Assembly (NCBI GenBank): GCA_009991595.1 | Contig: JAACVK010000030.1 | Coordinates: forward strand, 11,262 to 75,261 | Reading direction: 5' to 3' | From: a bacterium | Lineage (GTDB): Bacteria > Bdellovibrionota > UBA2428 | Length of the DNA stretch: 64,000 nt | In this document: positions 58,701 through 64,000 of the stretch, one piece after another | How positions within the stretch are numbered: the stretch's first letter is position 1 | Layout: each line of letters begins with the position of its first letter | The notes under the pieces: generated by a model | What the model saw: only the letters and a program-made list of their open reading frames with translations | What the model was told of the DNA's origin: nothing | The model's database searches: none | Translations under genes and position numbers: made by a program

Positions 58701-61063
58701 ACCCAGGATCAAAAATGGCTTACCTGGATCGCCTCAGGAAGCTTCGCGACGAAATCAAGCAAACCCAAGCTCTGATTCAAGAGACAAGACAGAAAGAATC
58801 TCAACTCGGAGCTCAGATTGAAGAGCTAAAGAAGACCTATGAAACAAGCACCCAAGACTTAGCTGAAAAAATTGAAGAAGCAAAACTAGCGGCCAATGAA
58901 CGGATTCAAGATGAAAGATTTCTTCCTAAAGACACTCTTCAACTAGGAGAAAATTCGGTGGATGGACCACAAATTGATTACGACCCTTCGTTTGAAAGAA
59001 ACATTGAGATATCTGAGCATCAACGTCAATTGCGAGAGGTCGTTGGAAATCTAGAGACAAATGAAAAAAATCTTGCGCTTGAGTTTACTGCCTTGAAAAA
59101 CTTTCTAGGTATAACAGGAAACCCCTTTCCAGACGAAGAAAAGGGACACAAGCTGAAACAAGCCTTCGATAAAACTTATGTCAAACCGATTCCATCGACG
59201 CCACTCTACGACAAAAATTATAAAGAGGCAGTGGCAGAATACAAACGATTAGAAACAGAGCTTCTCGACAAACACTATTTTCCCGCACACCTATCAGTAA
59301 CTTACGAAAACCTACTAAAGAGACGGGCTTGGGCTTTATCTCGCATAAAAGAGCTCAATGAGTATGTAATTGATAGCAAAGACAGCATCAGCCAAGCGGG
59401 GCTTCAACAAGTTAGCAGCGAAATCAGCCAACTAGGAATTCTTGTTCATTCCCTTGATGAAAAAGTAAAAGAGTTGAGAATCAAGGATCGAAACTCTTTA
59501 ACAGGAACACCTACCGCCTCAATGAAAGATAGTGGTGCAGAAAAACTTTCACTGCCCTTAGAGACAAACAATGCCGGCATCACAAAAATGAATGATTTCC
59601 TCGATCGAATCAGACGTCACAAAAGAGCTCTCCAACAACTCTCTGTCACCTTACAAAGAGAACTCAGAGAGTCCGGCAATATCTCAGACGATGATTTTAA
59701 GATGGACGAAGAAACCTTTAAACCAGTCGAAGATCTAGTGAACTATCTAGAAAAAGCAAAAGAGAAAGGAAACTGGACCCCTCTTCTTGACTACAGCGAT
59801 CCGATGCAGCCAACGGAACAAATTAGCACGATAGCAGACCAAATGGAGAACAACCTTGCTCATCACACAGGGGGCATTATTGGGGAGTGTCCTCAAACGA
59901 CTCACTTAAACCCGAAAGCCTTAAATCTTGACAGAACAATGCGAAGCTTTCAAACAGAGCGTCTTTTCAATGCCATCGTTGCGGAAGCTCGAGAGAAAGA
60001 TGCTTCCTGTAGCTTAGTTCATGCCGCCGACCCAAATCAATCGCCATGGAGAAAGACCAGTGAATCTTATCAATACTTCATGGGGCGTTCTTTTATGAAT
60101 GCCATCTGTGACTCTTATCCGGCAGGACACCCGGCAATCTATCCAATTGTGGATTATGGAACGAAAGAATTTTCAACCAAAAGCGAAGAAAACGCCTACA
60201 ACGCAAAAGTGAAAGAAATTAAATTTGTCGACGCTCTAGCACACTCTTTTTGGCGAGAACCTTCTAGTAACGCCGCCCACAAAGACTATCAACCCACCTT
60301 CAACGAAGAAGGTGCCGCAAACTTGATTCCCAACTACGCCTTCATGTATACCCTTGCTTATACTGAGACCGAAGCCAACCCAACAAAGCCGAATGTTGAC
60401 TGGTCGAAAGACATCGAAAAAGACACCGGAATGTTTCATGCTTCAACAAATTTTCTTTATGAAAATTACGGCTTTCACAGAAACAGTGATTATGCCGCTG
60501 AATTAATGCGAGATTTCATCGTGAGGATGAGAGACAACGTCGTTAGTTTGGAAAGTTCAAACCCAGAACTCGCAGCCAAGAACTGGGAAAAAATGTGCTT
60601 ATCGGGCTTCTTCAACTCGAAGTATGGAGAAAAAGCCATGGAACCCGATCAGTGGAAGCCGCCAAGCAACTTATCTAACTACAAACCCTACCAACACGTA
60701 AAGAATGCTCTAATGAGCGGTTCTGAACAGTGTGTAAAATATGCCCGATCAGGAGGGAAAGATCCTGCGAAAAACGGTCTTTCAAGCTGTATTAGACAGC
60801 TATGGCAATACTGTCCAAACTCTGGAGTTGAAGTGGAAGCGATCTTTATTAGAGCAAGGAGAAGAGGCCACGGGGACCTTCGAACAAGTGCCGATGTGCA
60901 GCCAAAAAATGCTGCCGGGTATTTCAGCGCTGGCCCGGGCACGAATGTAGTATCCGTAACTGCCCATGCCAAGAGCAACAAAAAAGTAAAACCAGCCTGC
61001 CACAAGATGTTTTTAGATCTTTACGAGAACAAAGATTATCTATGCCCTGGATTATCGGACTAA
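55745..61063 (+). CDS. giant secreted coiled-coil protein with Cys-rich C-terminal globular domain
   Basis: The track ORF opens on TTG at 55709; the ATG at 55745 gives signal peptide MFINWKKFLLWAGFATCSLSFS. Residues ~300-1250 are Glu/Lys/Leu-rich coiled-coil. An internal repeat is present (CKDDVEPAIWNLMADL / CKKDISPTIWNLAERL). The last ~480 aa hold about 10 Cys. Confidence 0.8.
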   Translation: MFINWKKFLLWAGFATCSLSFSTEAEHESKYQEATFKDQHKDLTEDSIAKWIFNFLGCSDETTEMELRYIRSFFINGATTFKKDGSDKTAAGYSVEESLKRYFKEQDLNSDKDLLALISIRKFLWNGKEEDLQLFMKYKQQILSSLALKCYGETVEPRAILDANTHDKAPPIEVPKAIPLQSETEILEEIYRSETASGSIASLVAHTIGCESEVRNRALELAKAKYFEQIPSESKRKESWTLYSNLKIHIKEIFGEDRDWADTDFIPFYRYFSLEAYDTSSLDEAIKSIESKVENFKTKGCYDKLQKDYNRRKAAEEEKKRLAAAQAKLEKEEEKKTAEQLHQLEKSAEVGSFKIPTLSEEDLQRLEGRHIEEYVPYKETEEHINWIDSHLQELRCKDDVEPAIWNLMADLQKKNKEISQKEVHDAILNFYARELNERNVEVISNQQSTARLRVSAEVNLLRTKALIEALKNLSEKPQKFQFNKDAWHAGTPGLWTKSSESSKPVRKFMYEDVFENRTLKPADASTADWSKNAAWYWAKMEEDLIHELDQKVGRINDWSERIPDKRDRVVHDLLNPDPDTESLLDNLNAKVYGGKAYLPKKTDDHYKNATNATETRTPFNNLTKAHLENIKDQIIPRLEQHIAQLNEIIQNGADLKEESRQVVRPELEKALAPLHGLSSQVLKASSTGELSSLSIGETSEGPTDTIQQSIPRIQELLSQWGLLSDCAGLAQKSEAAEGLDFRIHQNSPRLGVAPGNHDNLNPQELAKELAQALQCKKDISPTIWNLAERLRSSSVNPSELNQALLKEFQDRQKEQQKNLNSTDNPLAKAKQNRAMLAEISERLPKLAILEELAQNAESSYKKFPMTFGFDEENPGNSVEFYNLASSLNDTLLDSFKPDSFRVRSSLEDSIDSDGKRLPSSELKTLNSLITQFWIPTEDEKQLGDFQVNGRHIEQLKTDDPVRQHLQKMRKLETELISQREKAKKYHPGSKMAYLDRLRKLRDEIKQTQALIQETRQKESQLGAQIEELKKTYETSTQDLAEKIEEAKLAANERIQDERFLPKDTLQLGENSVDGPQIDYDPSFERNIEISEHQRQLREVVGNLETNEKNLALEFTALKNFLGITGNPFPDEEKGHKLKQAFDKTYVKPIPSTPLYDKNYKEAVAEYKRLETELLDKHYFPAHLSVTYENLLKRRAWALSRIKELNEYVIDSKDSISQAGLQQVSSEISQLGILVHSLDEKVKELRIKDRNSLTGTPTASMKDSGAEKLSLPLETNNAGITKMNDFLDRIRRHKRALQQLSVTLQRELRESGNISDDDFKMDEETFKPVEDLVNYLEKAKEKGNWTPLLDYSDPMQPTEQISTIADQMENNLAHHTGGIIGECPQTTHLNPKALNLDRTMRSFQTERLFNAIVAEAREKDASCSLVHAADPNQSPWRKTSESYQYFMGRSFMNAICDSYPAGHPAIYPIVDYGTKEFSTKSEENAYNAKVKEIKFVDALAHSFWREPSSNAAHKDYQPTFNEEGAANLIPNYAFMYTLAYTETEANPTKPNVDWSKDIEKDTGMFHASTNFLYENYGFHRNSDYAAELMRDFIVRMRDNVVSLESSNPELAAKNWEKMCLSGFFNSKYGEKAMEPDQWKPPSNLSNYKPYQHVKNALMSGSEQCVKYARSGGKDPAKNGLSSCIRQLWQYCPNSGVEVEAIFIRARRRGHGDLRTSADVQPKNAAGYFSAGPGTNVVSVTAHAKSNKKVKPACHKMFLDLYENKDYLCPGLSD

Positions 61064-61066
61064 ACC

Positions 61067-61756
61067 CTAAGGAAGTATTCCTTCAATGATTTTATTCGGC
61101 TTAAGCTTTTTGAGAAAAAGCAGATAATTTGGTTCAACTGCATTGTTGAAAATATAGATACTACCTTCGTAGGAGAGACCATCGATGTTAAATAAGGCCT
61201 CCAATTTAAAGCTTGTCCCTGCTGCAGAAGGAGTTTTTAAAAGCATGTCCACAGCGTCCGATGGTTTAAAATCGGGATGCTCATTCATCAAGCTTCTATA
61301 GGCCAATGCCATTGCAATGACCTTCAAGGGGCCACCTGTCGACATCGATATGATTCGCTCATCTCCACGAGCCGCCATGAGTCCAGTTTCCATATTGTAG
61401 AAGTTCATTTCCAACTCCATCAGCTCTGCACTTGCCAAAGCATCAAGAGTAAAACTCTCCACATGCCCTTTAACATTAGCAATTCGATTGGAATCGACAG
61501 TCTGAGAAACATGAAGAGAAGCACTCGAAAGGAGCAACTTAAGAGGCCGCTCCTCTCTAGCATCAAGCTCCTTCATCAAAGACGTTTCTGAAAACATTTC
61601 TGAAATGATGTTTAACAAACTTGGAGCATGTTCTTCATTCTTTGCAAACTCGGCAGTGATCGTATCTGCTTTAACTTCCTCTGCGAAAACGCAAAAAAAC
61701 AAAAAAGAAAGGAGTAAAACTCTGCGAATAAAATTTAAAGAAGCAGTCCGTTGCAT
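61067..61756 (-). CDS. hypothetical secreted protein convergent with the giant protein gene
   Basis: 229 aa, hydrophobic signal-like N-terminus (VLLLSFLFFCVFA). No family motif. Its stop is 4 bp from the stop of the 55745-61063 gene. Confidence 0.5.
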   Translation of the reverse strand: MQRTASLNFIRRVLLLSFLFFCVFAEEVKADTITAEFAKNEEHAPSLLNIISEMFSETSLMKELDAREERPLKLLLSSASLHVSQTVDSNRIANVKGHVESFTLDALASAELMELEMNFYNMETGLMAARGDERIISMSTGGPLKVIAMALAYRSLMNEHPDFKPSDAVDMLLKTPSAAGTSFKLEALFNIDGLSYEGSIYIFNNAVEPNYLLFLKKLKPNKIIEGILP

Positions 61757-61825
61757 CGAGGCGGACTATAACACAATGCGTTAGGCTCAGCAAGGGGCTT
61801 TATTAAAACGGCGTTGTCCTCAAAT

Positions 61826-63214
61826 CTAAAAACGATCAGTCGCTTTAAAGATTCGATTTTTAACCGCTTTTGGCCCAAGTGCAGCGAGGACCAAACTCAG
61901 ATCTGGACTCTGAAGCCCGCCCGTCACAAGAACTCTAAGAGGTTTAGCCACCTTCCCAAAACCCAAGCCGCTCTCTTCCACCACTTTAGCCAACAAATCG
62001 TGAATGGCTTCTGGAGTTGGGTCAGTAAGACTTTCTAGCTTTTCTCCAAAGCTTCGCAAAAGTTCTTTGGGGTAATCTTTAAAAACTTTTGCAGCGGTGG
62101 CTTCATCAAAATCGTAGTCCTCGCTAAGAAAAGTTTTTGTATTCTTTGCCAGATCAATCAATGTGGCAGAGCGCTCCACTAAGCCCTTCAATAGATTTTG
62201 TTTAACAGGACTTGTCATTAAAGACGACAAGTCACTGCCTTCGACAGACTTCACTAATGAAACCAACTCATCCAAAGGACGTGTCAACATAAACTGAGAG
62301 TTAACCCATTCTAGTTTCTTCACATCGAAAACAGAGGCGGATTGCCGGCAACCATCTAAGTCAAAAAGTTTAGTTAAATCCTCATCCGTAAAGAGTTCTT
62401 GATCGCCATGACCCCACCCTAGTTTAATCATGTAACTTCGCATGGATTCAGGCAAAAAACCTAGTTCACGATAAACAGTCGTCGAAACGGCTCCATGCCT
62501 CTTGCTCAACTTGGCCTTATCCGCGCCCAATATCATGGGTAAATGAGCAAACACCGGGAGTTCTTTTTTCAAAGCTTGATAAAGTAAAATCTGTTTAGGG
62601 GTGTTGTTCAAATGATCATCCCCGCGAATAACATGAGTGATCCCCATATCGATGTCATCCACCACAACACTTAGTTGATAGGTCGGCGTTCCATCACTTC
62701 GAGCAATAATAAAATCATCAAGCTCTCTTAAGTTAAAAGTCACGTCGCCCGCAATGGCATCTTTGACGACAACCTCTCCCTCAATGGGTGCCTTAAAGCG
62801 AATCACGTAGGGCAAAGCAGAAGACTCTGTCTTCTCACGGCATCTGCGATCATACTTAGGCTTTTCCCCCTTCTTCTGCATCTCTTCTCGCATAGCCGTA
62901 AGCTCATCGGTGGTGCAATAACACTTGTAAGCGTTTCCAGAGACCAACATCTCCGCAACAACCTCTTTGTATCTATCAAAGCGCTTACTTTGATAAACAA
63001 GCTCCTCAGTCCAATTTAAACCAAGCCACTTAAGAGATTCTAAAATATCTTCTTCATTTTCTTTCGTGCTCCGCTGCTGATCCGTATCCTCAATTCGCAA
63101 ACAGAAAACCCCACCGTGGTGTTTGGCAAAGTAGTAATTAAAAAGCGCTGTGCGCGCTCCACCTACATGAAGTTTTCCTGTGGGAGACGGGGCAAATCGA
63201 ACTTTCACTGACAT
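61826..63214 (-). CDS. gltX: glutamate--tRNA ligase
   Basis: Class I HIGH motif (PSPTGKLHVGGARTA) and KMSKS-type motif (KLSKRHG). 462 aa. Confidence 0.93.
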   Translation of the reverse strand: MSVKVRFAPSPTGKLHVGGARTALFNYYFAKHHGGVFCLRIEDTDQQRSTKENEEDILESLKWLGLNWTEELVYQSKRFDRYKEVVAEMLVSGNAYKCYCTTDELTAMREEMQKKGEKPKYDRRCREKTESSALPYVIRFKAPIEGEVVVKDAIAGDVTFNLRELDDFIIARSDGTPTYQLSVVVDDIDMGITHVIRGDDHLNNTPKQILLYQALKKELPVFAHLPMILGADKAKLSKRHGAVSTTVYRELGFLPESMRSYMIKLGWGHGDQELFTDEDLTKLFDLDGCRQSASVFDVKKLEWVNSQFMLTRPLDELVSLVKSVEGSDLSSLMTSPVKQNLLKGLVERSATLIDLAKNTKTFLSEDYDFDEATAAKVFKDYPKELLRSFGEKLESLTDPTPEAIHDLLAKVVEESGLGFGKVAKPLRVLVTGGLQSPDLSLVLAALGPKAVKNRIFKATDRF

Positions 63215-63273
63215 AATGAAGGTTTTAGTCTATTCCAATCTGAACCGAAAGACCTAAGAGACGGGAAGACGGT

Positions 63274-63993
63274 TTAATCTTCGACGAAGGTTCCACGAGA
63301 CAAGTCGAAGTCGATCGCTCTCCATAGAGCTACTCGAAATTTCACCCAATAATTATCAACCGTTGGACGAGAAACTCCGTGTGGCAACTCAAGAGTATAG
63401 GTGGGAATTTCACGATGCCTTCCAGCGAAATTACCCAAACTACCAGGGTAAAACCCAAAACGAATAAAGCGATAATTTCCCGAGTTTTTGGACATATTCA
63501 CAGCTAAATACTTTGCTCTTCTTTGTTTGGTCTTAGAACCCTTAGAATCCAAATCTAAAAAACCTAGCGGCGTGTGAATGGAAATTATTTTTTGAGGCTT
63601 ATGAGCATCAATAAAGCGAACAATGGCTTGGGTTTCAGGTTCTGAATTAGAAACAGGCCCAGGATACTTTCTTGGATCTTTATTGTCTTTTTTAGTCCAA
63701 GAGGGAAGCGCCTCAGCCACCCAGTCATCGGTGGGGAAATTGCGGTTGATGTCCACACCTCGAGCATTTGGGCGCTGTGGTTTACGAGCCAACATTCCAT
63801 CTGGATTGAGCAAAGGCTGAATCAAAAGCCGTGTTCCCTTCGGAACTCCTCGAATTCCTTTTTCAATCTCTCCAATAAGCTTCATACACATAGGCAAAGA
63901 GGGTAATTCATCGCCGTGAATCCCACACTGAATCAAAGTGGTCTGCTCGGACTCCTTGTTACCAAAGTCAAAATAGACCAAGGGCCTACCCAA
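63274..63993 (-). CDS. succinylglutamate desuccinylase/aspartoacylase (AstE/AspA, M14-like) family zinc hydrolase
   Basis: N-terminal zinc-binding motif CGIHGDE, Arg-rich substrate region (NRNFPTDDW), a second His motif (ISIHTPLGFLD). The start lies 7 nt from the window edge, so the N-terminus may extend beyond it. Confidence 0.65.
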   Translation of the reverse strand: MGRPLVYFDFGNKESEQTTLIQCGIHGDELPSLPMCMKLIGEIEKGIRGVPKGTRLLIQPLLNPDGMLARKPQRPNARGVDINRNFPTDDWVAEALPSWTKKDNKDPRKYPGPVSNSEPETQAIVRFIDAHKPQKIISIHTPLGFLDLDSKGSKTKQRRAKYLAVNMSKNSGNYRFIRFGFYPGSLGNFAGRHREIPTYTLELPHGVSRPTVDNYWVKFRVALWRAIDFDLSRGTFVED

Positions 63994-64000
63994 GACCGAA

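Noticed and set aside
1-64000. CRISPR arrays, rRNA or tRNA genes, integrases and other large repeats
   Set aside because: No runs of regularly spaced direct repeats were found. No rRNA- or tRNA-like conserved blocks were seen in intergenic spacers, which are all under 250 bp. No integrase or recombinase-like ORF was found. A computational scan (tRNAscan, Infernal) would be needed to exclude small RNAs fully.

Overview
This is a gene-dense chromosomal window from a Gram-negative bacterium. About 50 CDS were called, with no rRNA, tRNA, CRISPR array or recognisable IS element found by eye. Gene content suggests a Bdellovibrio-like predatory bacterium: a Glt-like gliding cluster, many signal-peptide proteins and secreted hydrolases, and a lipid A locus carrying a GnnA-like oxidoreductase. 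That taxonomic call is inference only. All calls rest on reading the supplied six-frame translations for family signature motifs, and no database searches were run. Coordinates follow the ORF track, except where the track starts on TTG or GTG and a nearby in-frame ATG with a ribosome-binding site or family-typical N-terminus fits better.

Main blocks, in order:
- 233-718 (+): MerR regulator.
- 767-6186 (-): an Fe-S assembly operon, rrf2-sufC-sufD-sufS-sufB, in which SufS carries a fused C-terminal DUF59/SufT-like domain.
- 6261-9837 (-): a secreted EEP-family nuclease, then a cysteine desulfurase and mnmA pair for tRNA thiolation.
- 10080-10976 (+): htpX.
- 11081-15113: small genes for secreted or hypothetical proteins, including a CxxCH protein, a lytic-transglycosylase-like protein and an AT-hook-like protein.
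- 15160-29854 (-): a long envelope-biogenesis supercluster, lnt-cmk-GT9 heptosyltransferase-GT2-hypothetical-lpxL-family-lpxK-lpxB-Gfo/Idh/MocA (GnnA-like)-lpxA-lpxD-skp-bamA-lolD.
- 29855-32210: two opposite-strand secreted-protein genes with a strong terminator, which separate lolD from lolC/E.
- 32211-34962 (-): lolC/E, then lysS.
- 35100-43486: small hypotheticals, kup, a LamG-domain secreted protein, then dnaE.
- 43707-46298 (+): an orphan receiver, then a cNMP-binding domain fused to a GspE/PilB-type secretion ATPase.
- 46295-55484 (-): a class-3 lipase, then a Glt-like gliding-motility core cluster (FHA/TonB-like, small secreted, 1229-aa TPR, 483-aa, 297-aa proteins).
- 55745-61063 (+): a 1772-aa secreted coiled-coil protein with a Cys-rich C-terminal domain, followed on the minus strand by a convergent 229-aa secreted protein.
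- 61826-63993 (-): gltX, then an AstE/AspA-family hydrolase.

Most worth a second look: the cNMP-GspE ATPase with its receiver, the SufS-DUF59 fusion under a Cys-poor Rrf2 regulator, the GnnA-like gene inside the lpx cluster, the split lol operon, the Glt-like cluster with its lipase, and the giant secreted protein.
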